Shown: positions 38,401 to 53,400 of the stretch, in pieces
Layout: every line of letters starts with the position of its first letter
How positions within the stretch are numbered: the first letter of the stretch is position 1
Source of the DNA: a virus
Lineage: Duplodnaviria; Caudoviricetes
Strand: one strand, 5' to 3'
DNA length: 61,055 nt
Virus record (IMG/VR): IMGVR_UViG_3300030376_005008
Span: 1 to 61,055 of that record
Notes under the pieces: model-generated
What the model was told of the DNA's origin: nothing
The model's input: the letters and a program-made list of their open reading frames with translations, nothing else
Database searches by the model: none
Translations under genes and position numbers: made by a program

Positions 38401-41400
38401 TGAGATAGGGTCAGGAAGCCCTGATTCTCATGTCGTGAAGGAGATTGACCCACACGCTCCTGTCGTCACCGTATCACTCGGTGGCCCCGGTCAAGGAGCA
38501 TTCGATACCAAGCCATCGTTTGACCCCAGCCCATTATCTCGTCTCCCATACAGCACTCGTCGTGGCTTTTCTGTCATGGGACAATCTGTTCGTATAGAAC
38601 CGGGTGGAACTCAATTTATCACTGTTCGTGCGTTGAATAACGCGACCCCTGACCTTCAGTCGTGGGGCACGTATCCATTCCCAAAGAAGGGTCGTCTCTT
38701 CCTCAAGAATGGAGCCAGTGCTGAATACTCGTCTAAGAGTGGTGTGTCTTTCATGTTTACTGATGGCACAGCCGGTGATGGTAAGTTCACGCTGGCTGAC
38801 GGTCAAGACCTTGGGACATTCAAGGCTTGGTCTATCGCATCTGGTCTTGTCCCTGAAGCAAAAGACATAGTAGGGTCAACATTCAACGATGCAACTTGTG
38901 ACACAGACCACTCTGCTGGGTCAGGAACATCATTTGGGAGCAATCCGAAAATTATCCAAATGGACTCTACTACGAACGTCAAAGTTGGTATGACTGTAAG
39001 TGGCACTGGTATCGCGGCTGGCTCTATCGTTACACAAATTGACAGCGCTACCCTGTTTCGAGTTAATCTTGACACAACTGCAACGAATAACAATCAAACA
39101 TTGACATTCACTCTCGTGGGAGAAAACTTCTCTCTCGGAGAGATTCTTCTTGGTGACGGGCATTTCTATATTGAGAACTCTGCTGCTGACGGAACGACTG
39201 TCAATGACCGTATGTTCCAGTCCATGGATACAGCGACACACGATTATCAGTTGGGCACACAGTTTGCGTCAACACGCGCACTGGTAGAGATTCCATTATT
39301 TGCTGGACAATTCTTTGAAAGTGCCGCTGAGAGCATCTTCCCCGGTCCTGACAACTCATTGAAAATGCATGTAGACGCTACGATGACAGCCCACACTTAC
39401 AACCCAAGCCCTGTTGGTCGTAGGTTTCCTGATAAAGCACCAGCGGACAGAGCAGCGAAAGCAGCATATGCATACTCGATGGAGCGTGCTGAGTTCACAA
39501 AGCGCACTACGATTCTCTTAAGAGCAAAGGATGAAACTGCGAATTATCATCTCTATGTAAACAATCCATCAGCATTCCCTGCTGCGGTAACAAGCGCGTC
39601 TGCATATCATAATGTGGACAATGTCGTCCTTTATCGCCAAGCATTTCTCTCAAATGGTGAATGGATTCTCTATGATAATGACCCTGCATCTGATGGTTAT
39701 CTCCAATTTAAGAATGAAGATTGGGCGCATTCAGAAAACTTCCTTAACTCACATGCTCCGGGTATGGCTCTCCTAATCGCAGATGGTTATGAGTCCGAGC
39801 GAGTCATTCCAATTTTCTCTGATGATGAAACACTGTCCTCTGATTTCGAAGGACGAGGCGAATACTACCACGACCAATCCAGTGTGAAAACGCAGGGCGG
39901 GAATGTGGACTATGGTCTACGTCAGTATGTGAGTGCGGTAGAGTTCAAGGCTGGGCCATCAACAAACCCACACTCTCCTCGTGTGAAGAGTAAGAGAGCC
40001 GCTGGTGTTATCAGAGGTGTAACGCCGTTGATGAATCAGGGTAACTTCAGCGGTGTATTTACCGTGACACTAAGTGAAGAAGACGCTGCTTTGTTCCCTG
40101 CAATTGATGTTAATTTAGACAGTGGGACTGTTGATTTCGATACAGGAGACATGTTCTATACTGTTGAAATTACTCTCCCCGATGGCACAGCACAGAAATG
40201 CATCTATTGGGGCGACGGTAAAGCAACTTTTTCACACGCTAATCTTCTTACTTTTGGCTCAGCAACTGTCACAACATCTGAGATTCCAAAGTCAACGATT
40301 ATCTTGGAGACAATTGAGAGTCGCCCCTCTCTTCCTAATTTCCTTAACGAAACTCATTCCAGTTTTATCTTAGGTCAACCCCTTAAGTTGACAAAGAAAT
40401 CTTTTGACCCTCTCTCAGATTTTACATCTGTTCAATTGAGGAACAATGTAAATATCGCTCGCTCAGATAGACCGGGTAATTCTTCATCATGGACAATTGC
40501 AGCGGTGCCAAATGCCAACCAAATTACACTTGGTGCACCCAGTGGTGTGCACGCTGGGACGCTTCAGTTTGATAACGCAAGTTGGCAAGGTCAATTTTCC
40601 GCTAAGGTAGGTGATAAGATATACGCAGAGCCAACCGTTGCATCGGGAGCAAGTAATGTTCTTGCTGTTGGTTCAGTAATGTATCTCGGTGAGGTTACAG
40701 CAATATCAGAGGTAGTAATCAACGGGTCTGCTACTGTTATTGGTTTAGCAAGTTTGGCTGATATTACCGGTATTACGGGAAGTGTTGAGGCTGACCTTGG
40801 TGCGATGATTGCAGCAGGGACTGTGTATCTTAGAGTGGGTGTAGAAGAACTATTGACTGAAGATTCCGAGGCTATTCTTAATCGCTCATGGTTATTCCCA
40901 TACGCACAGGGTGGTCTTCGCGAAGGAGATACTGTTTGGGCAAACATGACTTACAATAACCCACACGCTGTTGAAGGTCTATTCGCTAAGAGTCGTGGTG
41001 TGTTGAATGAAGCGATGGTTTGTAATGTCTTCAACGGTGGAGAAGGAGCACTGAATAACAATCCACGAGACAGCCTACCATTAGAGAACTTCTTGATTGG
41101 GAACTCCTGTTATGAAACAGCAGTGAATTACGTGCAACATGTCAACAAAACAGTGGAACTTAACTACACAAATCTTGGTTTGAGCCAGCCGCCTACTGTT
41201 GCATATCTTGACCCATACTTATCGAACGCTGGTCATGCTCGTGTTCTCCTCTTTGATGTCGCTCATGACCGTGAGTTCATTGCATTCCAAGACCTACACA
41301 TGCAGGTGCAGAGCAGTCCAATGCACGCACAGATAGGATGGAGTCGAGATGTTATCGGCGCTGACCTTACACGCACACAAGCAAATCTTGGAGGCAACCA

Positions 41401-44400
41401 CAGTCCATATTCCACACAGATTGATGTTGCTGCTGGTTTCCCATCTCAGAACCCATTTGTTCGTAGTAGTTCTCGTTCAAGATTTATGGAGAGTGCATAC
41501 GCGCACAATCGTGCAAATTACATTAGTAGTAAATTGATTAACCCTGTTGATTCTTCAAGTGGTTCAGGAGCGACTACTGTTCCCAAGGTCTTATTGAACA
41601 ATCTTGATTACTCGTGGCTTTATGGTAAAGCACATCAGCATTATGTGCATACTGGATTTGAACAAGGTATTACTTTAGGAGAAATAGCGCTTGGAGACAG
41701 CGTTCTACCAAGAACAAAAGAAGCAGTTGTATCTCCAAAGTTTGCAGATAAGTTACACCCTTACACTCGTAAGGGAAGAAGCGCGGAGCATAATCTAACT
41801 GTTGCTTTACGAGAGCATCGTTCTCCTAATTTTAAAACTTCTATCTTTTCAACAGCATCCACTATACGTGACCCATCTACATTGTTTGATACTCCTGATG
41901 GGACTCGTGTTATCCCTGCATTCCTTGCACTCAAAGGTATTCGTTCCTCTTCTCTTGATTTGAGTAATCATACAGAAGCAAATCAAACCAGTGGACGAAG
42001 AGGCATCAAGCATCTTAAGCAATGGACAGACATGGAGTTCACTCGCCGTCTTTCAATTGACCTCGGTGAAGTTGGAGTGCGTGACGGTGTTACAGATGTA
42101 GAGGCCGCTGCACGCGAGGTCGTGCGACTCATCAATCAGGCTGCTGCACCTAACGCTCGCACTCATGTGCGAAGACCCAACAATAATTATCCAGCAGAAA
42201 ATGTAGTGTTAGATACTGATATTTCGAGCACACCAAGCCTAACAAGAATAGATGCAGCCGTTCCACACGTAAATGCTGACTTCGCAGCAACTGGGTCTAC
42301 ATTCGACCCTGCTGATTGGTGGAACGATTCTTCTTCTGAAAAACCTGACAAGGGCACACATATGGGATATGTGCGTGCTCACCTTGGGCGTGTAGTGCAA
42401 GATTCACGGGGGCGAGAAGGCTACAGTATCATTATACACAGCACCATCCCCGGTGCCACTGGACGTAATTTCTGTGTGTGGTTAGACAATAGTAAGGGGC
42501 AAACACCCTACGAACCTGAGTTTTTGATTGGTCACGGAGGTAGATTCCGCACTTTCTGGTGTCAACCTGACGAAGTTAGTGGGGAAAACATGCACCCTGC
42601 TCCTATGCCACTCAACAAACACGGACGACCATTTGCACCAATTACAACTCTTAAGCAGTATACGATTCCAGATAATGCCGGACAGCAAGTCAGCCCAAGT
42701 GATGAGTTTGGTGAAGCAGGTAAATCCTCAGATGAGTCAGCCGACCCTGTCAATCGTGCTATAAGCACCTTCATTGGCGCAGGTAAAACACACAATACAG
42801 TGAACACTGAATCATTAGAAGCAGAGGGTTTTGTAACATCTCTTGTAAGTGGTTTGAGAACTGGAACTGGAGCGATTGGGAGAGTCAATTTCGGTGGACT
42901 GGTTGCATCAGGTATACCGGGTTTTGCACCAGACGCAGGTGAGTGGGGCTTTGGTCGTAGAGGTGACAAACGCTTCTCTGCTTACTATGGTGGTGTAAAT
43001 GTCACAGACAACGCAATTACTGTCGCATCTTGCACTACAACTGCTAATTCTACTCAAGTTACTTTCACAAACGTAGCCACAACTCATGCTATTGTCGAAG
43101 GTATGGCTGTTAGCGGCACTGGGATTGCATCTGGAACGAAAATTGCATCTATTACAAATGCTACCACTTTCCAACTTGATGTGGTAGCGACTGCATCAGG
43201 GACAGTTACATTGACATTCACACCTCAAGCACCTGTAAAATACACACCACACGTTCCTGAATCTGAAGTGCTGAATCAGAATATAGGAAACACTGACCTC
43301 TACGGATTCCGCTTCATTGACCACAGAGGTATAGGTCATGGTATTCGTTTTGTTTACCGTCAGTTTGGTCAGAAGTTCGCTCTTGAGAACACTGAGTTAC
43401 CTGACTCCATCAATGAAGAAGTCATGGTTTATTTTGATGACAGAGATGTCGGTCAGGGTGGGTTTACGATTGGTCGGCACATGCATGGTTCAGGAGATGC
43501 AACTGGGCGTTTCCCTGCGTCCGATAGCAACGCGACACACGTGCCATGGCGTGGTAATCATTGGAATGGTGTTCCTTCTCATAACGCAGCATATGATTGT
43601 GAAGTAACCTACGATGCATCTGCGAAGACGTTGACCATTGAACCTCAGACACCTTACAATGCTTGCCCTCATCACGATATGCTCGGATACATGGGCTTCC
43701 CACTGAAAAACGGCGTCGTGCAAGTTTCTGACCCATTCAATCATTCAACTATGAAAGGCTCACAAGGTCACATGTTTTCTTACACAAGTAGAACGCGTGC
43801 GACGGGTAGCGGCACTCATGTATTCTATGGAGTCACTGGTGCTAATTTCGTAGCATCACACAAGACAGATGGTTCTGGTGGTGTTACAACTGTTACCCAT
43901 TTGTTTGGCGATGGTGCAAATGGTGAGATTCGTGCCCTTATCTCATCCACTGCGAATTGGACATGCCTCATTACTGATGAATTGATGGCCGCTGTGACAA
44001 CTGCTGTTATCAACGCACCTGCTTTGATGAGTCCCAATATCAACAGTGAGGAAGGACTTACCTTTGATTGCACACACATGTATGCCGCTGACGGAAAAAC
44101 ATTCGGTGAATGGGGTGTAGACCCTGAAGCAATTCGCATCCGTGCGTATAATCCAGCGAGAGAGATTCAGCCGCTTTCGCAATTCTTTGAAGCATCAATA
44201 CACAAAGACATGGGGATACCAGCGGCTCATGTTGAATATGGTGAGATTTCTTCATTGATTGTAAATGCTGACGGTATCACTCTACCCGCTTCAAGTCGTG
44301 CTGCGAGCAATGGTGAGATTGATGCTGGTCTTCGTAATCCGTGTGGATACATTCCGCGAACTGTGATGCAGGTGCGCACAAAGGGTAAGGGTTCTAACAC

Positions 44401-47400
44401 CAATACTCAATCCCCTGTTCTCGTTGATACTAAGAACAATCCAATAGATGTCTCTACATGGAAGAAGGGGTTGATTGGTGAAAACTACACTGCTGACAGC
44501 GGTGACCACATCTTGCCAAATATTGACAATCCAACAGTTCAGATTACCAAAACTGACATCTACGGTTCTTCCGCACCACCTACTACTCTTTCAATCTCTA
44601 CTGGGGAAATGTGGTATTTCACTCGTCCCGCTGGTGAAGAAAGTGCTACGTTATCCTCAAAGGCAAAAATTGTATCATTTGGTGATATTTCTACTCTCTA
44701 TTATGGAGAAAAACCTGCTTTAGTTACTGGAATCCATAGCGCTGGTGGTGGTGTTTCACAAACCCAATTTTCAATACTTGAATTACAAATCGGCACAGCG
44801 GATACTATCAATTGGCCTACCGCTGATTCTGCTACTAATGCAGCAATGCAAAGATACGGAGGCACTTCTCGTTACGGTATCACAGGTAAGCGCTCTCTTG
44901 GTAGTGTGAACTCTGTCCCACAGGTCTTCTTCCGTGGGGCAAAAGACAGCACAGACCATTCTGTGCCTCTGTTCTTTGGTGGTGGTTTCAGTGGTGTCGT
45001 ATTGGACATCAACGACGGGACTGATACTGACTACTCGTCATTCAACACACATCCATACGCGAACGGACCAACTGGTTGCGCTGGCATACAACATGCCAAC
45101 GAAGTATTGTCTTCTCATGCGATGATTGATTGTAACGCAATCATGGCGTTCTTCCCCGGCACTCCATTATTAAACCAGCATCGTGGGTCCATCACTCCAC
45201 CGTTTTCTAATCAAGACAACGTGTTGTCTCCTGACATCAAGAGGGGAGAGCACACAGTAGCCGCTAATCATCCTAATGCTGCTCCATATACTGCTGGTGT
45301 TCACATTCAAGTTCCGTCACCGTTTGTTCTTCGCTTCGCTCATCCTACAGCGCGTTATGGGGATGCGGCGGCTGGGACTGAAAACAAGACAACCTACCTC
45401 ATCTATGGCCCCGGGCAACCATTCCCGTTCACACAAGAGGTTGCTGACAGTAGTGGTTCTCACAATGTAAACGAGCCACATCCGGGCCGTGCTATTGTAG
45501 CAGGTGGCTCATTCTCTAAGGTGCCGCACGGTGGTGCCGCACAATATCTACCTAACCACATTGAGAATGACCAACAGCACTACATGCCAATGACAAGCGC
45601 GTATCAAGTTGCTCGTGGTCGTTTCCATTGGCGTCAGACACTCAATTGGGAACCAGCCATAGGTAAGCCAAACACTGGTATTCTGTATCAAAGACCTGAA
45701 CAAGGTCGCATGTATGGCGATATGGTAAACCCACTTGGGGACACACCGTCAACATCTAATATCGCTGACTTCAGAGTTCTACACCCAACGCGCCACGCAT
45801 TATTCATGGGTGGTGGTATGGTGTCTAATTCAGATTGGACTTGGCACATGGATGGTGGGTATCATCCCGGTGGTTCTTGGATGGACAATCAGGTTTCAAT
45901 GAACCCAGCCCATCCAAATGGAAATACTCTCGTTGCAAAGGTGGCTGCAAGTAATTGTTCTGTGCATCCAACAGCATTCAGAGTTGCAGGAACACTGGCT
46001 ACCCGTGTAATGTATGGAAGTAGTGCCTCATTCCAAGTTCACACGCCTGATGCCGATGATGTAGACATGGAATACATCGTCATTGACGGCACTCGATGCC
46101 AAAATGGTGAGGAATTGGCGACTATCATAGGCGCTGGTATCAACACATTCCCCGGCGCTGGAGCGCTCAAAGCAATGGGCGGCACGTTCATGCCCAGCAT
46201 GGGTAACGCGTTACGTCAAGACCGATATGGTTGGAAGGAGTTCACAGTTAGCGCTTATCGAAACGACGGGAGTGGGGTATCAGGTAGTGGTGTTGACACT
46301 ACTGCTGGTGTTACTAATTCAGATAGGCGAACGAGTGCTACGTGTTATCTTGATGTTGCTACAACCCTTGCTGCTGGTGAGCAAGTTCCCGCATCCGGTT
46401 GGCTTAGGACTAAGACACTCTATACTGTGGCTGTTTCAGGCGGTAATAGCACTGCACCGGCCTATGCACCGTATCATACACGTATCTTGTATACATCTAA
46501 TGGTAGTGATTATTTCATTCGATTTTATCTTGGATACAATTATCTCACGGGAACTAAAGGGTTTGAAACTGCGGAGACATGGCACGATATTGAAACAGCA
46601 GCAGCCTCTACTGGTGACCCTAATGATAGAATAAAAGATTTGATTGATACTAACGACATAAATCTACCAACAGTGGCCGCTAACGATGATATTTTGGTTT
46701 GGTCAAAAGCAGGGACGTTCTCTTACAACAACGAAAACGCCTCCACTCGTGACCACATGACCAACGTCCACTTCAGTGGGCTTCATGACGCTATTGACCG
46801 AACAAGACCGACGGGTGTTGTTGGTTGGGCTGGAGAGCGATACTCGTATCTAAACAGCCTGTTAGTCGGCTCATCCTACGCTGCTGGTCTTGGAGCATGG
46901 CACACTGCACTTGGGTTCTCACCATATGGAAATGCAAACAGTTGCATGACGACGTTGTCGCATCTTCCTCATACAGCGCCGATGCCGAACAGTGGCGAAT
47001 CTATTCGTCCTGATGAATCCTATACTCATTTCCCCGGAACTGGAGGTGACCCACCATACGATTCACTCGGGAGTATGACGAATGAAGCACGCGTTACTTC
47101 TTCATATGAAGCGTATGTCCCCGGTTACGCAGACGTATCAGGTTTCAATAGCACCCCAACTTACTACAGTGAGGAGAACATCCCATCTGAGTTGCGTCAC
47201 CCACAAGGTGTTTCCGCTCGTGCATTCCTTGTTGTTGCCTACGAATCTGAACTACCACTTGTTGCTAAATACGACCGTGATGGAATCACTTGCACTGGTG
47301 ATTGGCTGCTCGCTGAGCAACAAGGAAACAAAGCAAAGGCTGGGACTACACGCTGGGACGAGCGTATACATGGACAAGACCGGTTTACTTGCACTGCAAA

Positions 47401-50400
47401 TGCTGGACCTAACGTAGAGGCACTGATTGTTGGAAGCACCAGCACTCCAAGTGTTTCTGACTATACTGCGGCTAACGGATTAGATGCTGCACCATTTGAT
47501 GACACCTTCTTCCTTCACGATGCTATTAGTGCCGACACCAGCCTTGAGAACGCTACACCTTGTAGGGCTGAAACTGGTGACCTGTTTTACGACCTTGACC
47601 ATAGTATAGGCACTGAGTTCTCAGCCACTGCGACTGGGCAACGCAATGTAGTCAATGACTTCTATGCTGAGCCTTCCAACCGTCCATCTGCATTCTTTGC
47701 TAACACAGATACTGGGAAGTCATTCTTCATTGGAGATGTCAATGGATATGACTTCTACAGGCGCTCTCCCGCGAAGAACTTCAACATCGAGCATGCTATT
47801 TGGAAACGCATGGATGGTGGTAGTTTGTCCTTACCTACAATCAATGCGCGTGGTCTTGGTGCTATTCCTTGGATTAACCGCGTTAAGAGTAATACAGAAT
47901 ACACCATGGGTGAGAAGTTGTATGGAAATGTGCGATTCTCGTTTGAGACAACTAACAGTGCTATGATGCCTATTCTACAGGCACAAGAACTGGCGCACCC
48001 TCAATTGGCAGCGCGACACCCACATGAGTTGCGCAACATCTTGGAGATTCCAAATGAGGAGTTGCAATTCGAGGCAATGGAAGTTATTGATGACACAGGG
48101 CAGACGCACAAGATTGAGGGTGGTTCGCCGTTTGGTGTCATCATTCGTGCATTCCAAACAGCAGGTGAACGGCTTGCCAGTGGACTACAACCAGCCAATG
48201 CGAACAGTGGTATTGAGCCTAACCTGAAAGTTCGCTTACCTAACCCTGATGCGATACCGGGTAACATCATTGTGCGCTCAGGATATGATAGGTTGCAAGC
48301 CTACCAGAATGAGAACATTGGTGATGGTGGTATGCTACATCCTGACCTTGGAGCATCTCATGTTGGACATCTCTTTGACAATGCAATCAAGGGACCGCGT
48401 TATGGTCCTACGATGGGTGAGGTTGGTTGGGAACATATCTCACAGGGTGAGTCATTCCCCGACAGCACACGAGATGGTTGGACGGGCGCTACACAAGATA
48501 ACCCAATACAATCGTCTTACGAACTACATGACAGGACACTATTCTTCCATGTCACTAAGATGGGTCACAGTCACACAGAGCGTTATCCTGTGACTTACAA
48601 CCATACCAGCGGTGTTGTCAATCAATCTTTGACAGTGAGTAGTTTTAGCGGCACTACGCTGACTGCTTCAGCAACTGTCACATCTGCTGTCTTCGATGCT
48701 GACTTTGCATCAAAGGAGCGGAGTGATAATCGCCGCTTCCTACGACTCTCTACAGCCACAGAAACGGTAGTCGTATCCTATACTGGTATTAGTGGAGCAA
48801 CTTTTACTGGTGTTATAGGAGATATTGACTTCGACCAATTCCTTCTTGATAATCCACCTGCGACATCCACAATCAATATCTCACCCTCATACTATGTGCC
48901 AGCAGGTAGCACTCGTTTCTTTGCTGCTCGTCGTCTTCGTGACCATGCTGAAGTTAGTGGTAACAGCCCCGACATGGCACATACACTCTACTTCGATGGT
49001 GACCAGAACACACTCCTGCATACACGATATAGCAAGCCGCAGTTGACACCTATGCCATACCCGCGTATGGGTCACCACTTTGTCAACGCGACCATGCCTA
49101 TGCTACCGGGTCATTGGGCGCATCCTGCGTATCAGGGTCTTTACTCGCGCTCTCGTAGTGAAAATAGAGTATCTCGCGCTGATGAAGATTACATTACACT
49201 GAAAGACAACATTGGGCTGGTTGATACATCTCTTAGTTCTACAATCACAGACAAGATGCATCCACTCAATCCACCACTTCGCGTCGGCTCTTTGACAGCG
49301 TTGCCATCAGGACCAAGCGATATTCACGGTGGCGCTTTCACGCTGATGTTTGAAACCAAGGTCAAGTATGACGGGTATGGAATCCTTGCATCTAAGGGAA
49401 CTGCTGGTGACATGAACAAGGCTGGTGGTCACTCTATCGTTCTTGAAGCAGCAGGAAATTACACCCTTGACAGGCACTTCCCTGACCCCGCTGAGGTTGG
49501 TGCATATCAGATTGTTATACAACCCAATGTGCGTAAACAACAGATTGCAGGTTTCCATGCAAATCATAGTTCAGCCACCTCTTTACCAAATGGCTCTGCT
49601 GTAGAGTTGACCAGTCAACAAGTCAACCTCGTAGTCGGTATCAAGTATGATAGCGAGAGGGGTTCTGCTATCGGTGGCGTGACGTTAGTTCTCGCCGAGG
49701 CTACACTCGCGGATGTGCGTGGTTGTGAGGTGTTCATCAACGAGGTCATCCTTGACCATGACCCCGACCATGGTGGACAGTTCACTAACATACCACCGTT
49801 GTTGACTTACAACGCTCTCGGTGTGCAGGGTAATCAGAGTCCACCGTTTACTCGCTCTACACATGCGTATCATGTGGGTATGTTCAGTGATTCGACACCG
49901 GGGAGAACATTACACATCCCATGGTGGTCTATCATGCATAAGGTTGCACCTGATGATAGCACTGCTACTGGTTTTAGACATCTATCCCTCTGTCGTATTG
50001 ATAATTACTACGAGTTCTGTCGTGCCAGTTTTGGTTCAATTGGATGTCAATTAACTCTTGCTGGTTATCCAAGTATCTACCCTGATATGTATTCCAAGGT
50101 CTTGGCTAATGCAAGCCTTTCTCCTGCTATTACTGTTCAATCTACATCTTTTACGAATGCTACTTGTGATTACAACAACGACCCGACAATCGCGCACGAC
50201 GACGATGATGGACAAATCAAAGCCGGTATGTTGGTGACTGGCACTGGTATACCAGCGGGTGCTTTCGTTGCATCTGTCACAAGCGACACTGAGTTTGAAT
50301 TGAGTGCATCAACCACTGGTGGTGCGGTAACAAATGGCACCTTGACGTTCTACGGTATCGTAGTAGATGATGCGACACATCTTCCTGAAGTTCCTTACTA

Positions 50401-53400
50401 TGGACAGAAGTTGCAATACACAAAGAGTGACGGAACCACTGCTGAGTTTGATTATACTGTTCGTTCAGGCACAACAAACAACGCTACTACGATGAACAAA
50501 ACCAATCTAATCGTTGTCCCAACGACCACAACTATGCCTCAAAACGGCGCTGTTTTACGACTCACAAGGGAGTATTCGACTGCTGCTGCATCTTCTCTAT
50601 TCAATGATGGTAAGACCAGTGTGTTGACACGGACACTACCACAGATGTTGAGTGGCACAAGGGATACAAACAGCCTCCATACCCCTGATGCTTTCCTATG
50701 TATGTGGCATCCTAATCTCGGTCGCCCACATACTTTCTACTCCGATGGGTCAAGAACTTGGGGTAACCTCACCAGTGACCGAGCGGTCAACAAGGCTGCA
50801 TACAATAGTATGCCTGAGCACTTTGAGACAGTTCACTATCATGGTGCAAACTATGCTGTCAGCCATGGTCCATTCAACCTTGATATGAATACACCAAAGC
50901 CACCGACTAAGATTTCTCTTGCTGTTGCAAGTGTTGGAGCCACGTTCTTAACATTCTCAGGTAACGCTGCATCAGAAATGTCAGCAGGAACTCTGTTGTT
51001 TACATCAGATGGTTTGTTCATTGGTAAATCATCAGGCGCTGTGCATTTCTCAGGAACTACTACAGCGGGTTTCACAACTAATTTATTCAACAATCCGGGT
51101 GTGGGTGACTTCATTTACAAAGATGCAGATGGCTCTGTGGAAACTGCCACGAACATTCATGCTATGTCAGGATACGAAGCACAAGGTAGCGGCACAGTCA
51201 TGCTCAGTCACTACTGGCCTTGTGGTAGTCGAGGTGGTCTTCTCAATAGCCGTCTTGACGGTTATGCTGCATGGTCTGCTGCATGGCATGTTCCTCGTGC
51301 ATATACTGCTGCTGGGGCTACATACTGGACGGATGCTGATGATGATGGCTCTTATGCAGTAAGTAGTGGAATTACAACTGCTGCTGCTTCAACAATTACA
51401 ACGCGCCGCTATCCTTTCGGCTATCGTTTCGGCCTTCGCCAACCATGGAACAGACCGCAATGGGGGCACTACGGAATGCGAGCCTATCAAGAGGCCGCTA
51501 CACACGCAAGTGCAAGTAACTTCACAGTGGGTTACAAGGCTGGTCCGTTAGTTGAATATGAGACGCAGAGTTGGAATTATGCTGGAGGGGCTGGTCTTGC
51601 AAACAGCACTCTACCCGTCACCTATGTCGGTATGATGGAACGGCAGACCAACGCAGCGGCTATGCTTGGTGTAGACAAACCTGAGTGGCAAGTGCGATAC
51701 AGTGACGGTCGTCGTATGACGAGAAGTTACGGATGTCCTGTAAGGACACTAAGGGACACCAATAGTGTAGCCACTGCTACTCTCACAGTCACAGACGGTG
51801 ATGCCGCGAGTGGTATGAGTGAGAAGCAAACTATCGCAATTCAATCAACAGATGGCACAACGAGGATGTATACCTTAGTAGATGATAACGCCACTACTGT
51901 CGCAACGGGGGATGTTCTTGCTGCATCTTCTGACACAGGGGCCAGCACTGCTGGTGCTGACCTTGTCGGTGCTATCGCTGTAGCCATCAATCTAACTGGC
52001 TCTGCGTCCACACAGAATGCATATTTGGTGCAACTTAAGGCAGCGATAGAGCATGCGAATGGTCACAATGGTAAGATTACTGTCTCAGCAGTTCCTACTG
52101 AGGCTAACGGTAACCAAGCCATCACGCTCACACAAGCAAAGGCAGGTCTTGCGGGGAATACTACAATCACTGAGAATGTGGATAATCTAACTGAGGCTGA
52201 TTTCAGTGGTGCTAAAGCAGTGCCTCGTGACTGGTGGGGTGATAACGAAGCGTTGGGTGTCACTACGATTGATGCTGCCGTGGGATACTATCTTGTGGAT
52301 TGGTGGGGTAACACGCGTGGCGAAGATGTGCGTCGCGCACCAGTGCGTGGCTTCGGTATTCGCCCAGCATGGGATGCCGGTGATGCATACGAGTATGACC
52401 GCACCAACAACAGAACACCACACGCGAGGATTTGGAACAACGGTAAGCCTATCTTCAATGTCAAGGGTGTGTTAGATAGTAGTGGTAATCTTCTATCTGC
52501 CACCACTGCATCTATCCCTCGTTTCGGTGGAGCAAGGAACAGCACAAACAACAATGATTCCAACTCTCTCGTTGATGTGTTCGCGCCTACTAATGCTATG
52601 CGTGTAGGTGACATGGGTGGCGGTCGTGGTGTGCGTTACCCAACACAGTTCAACGAAGACCTATTGGTTGAATTAAGCGATGTCTACGAAGCATCCGGCC
52701 TTGTTCTCTCTCATCATACTGCTGAACCAGCGTTTGGTCAAGGATATGTGCGCCCACGAAACGACGCGCTACAATCTGATGAACTAAGGCGTGGTATCAG
52801 TGCTCGACTTGAGATTGACGAAGATGGTCTTCTCAAGCCTGAAGCAGTAGTCAGTGACCGAGTTGAAACGGTTAGTGGAACAAGCGTGCATAAAGACGCA
52901 GTATCTCGAACCAGTCCACGTATTGGTCTTGACGCAGAGGCGCTTGAGGCAATTTCAAGTGGTGTTGACAGGGACTATGTTGCTATCAACACCGAGGCTC
53001 ACAGCCTACACGCTGACCGTGGTGTAGGTCAACGTGTCATTCTTCATGGTGGTATGCAAGCAGGGTCGCAGACACTTGGTGATTATGACCTCAGAAGCCT
53101 ATCATTCGCCGCACAACCACACGGTGGTGTAATGCGATTCAGTCATACTTCTAACGTCAAACCAATGGGCGGTTCATACATCATCGAATCACGCTCATTC
53201 GTCAACCCATTCGATGATACAGGTTGGGGTCGTAGTAGTTTAGCCGGTGGAGAGAAAACAAGCAATCCATATCAAACCACAACATACGACAGCACAAGCG
53301 CACAGACAAACTACAAGGATACCAGTGTCAAGTTCATGCTACGACCAGTGCGTCTGCTTGATAACCAACATATCGAAGTATTCCGACCTGAACACAATCT

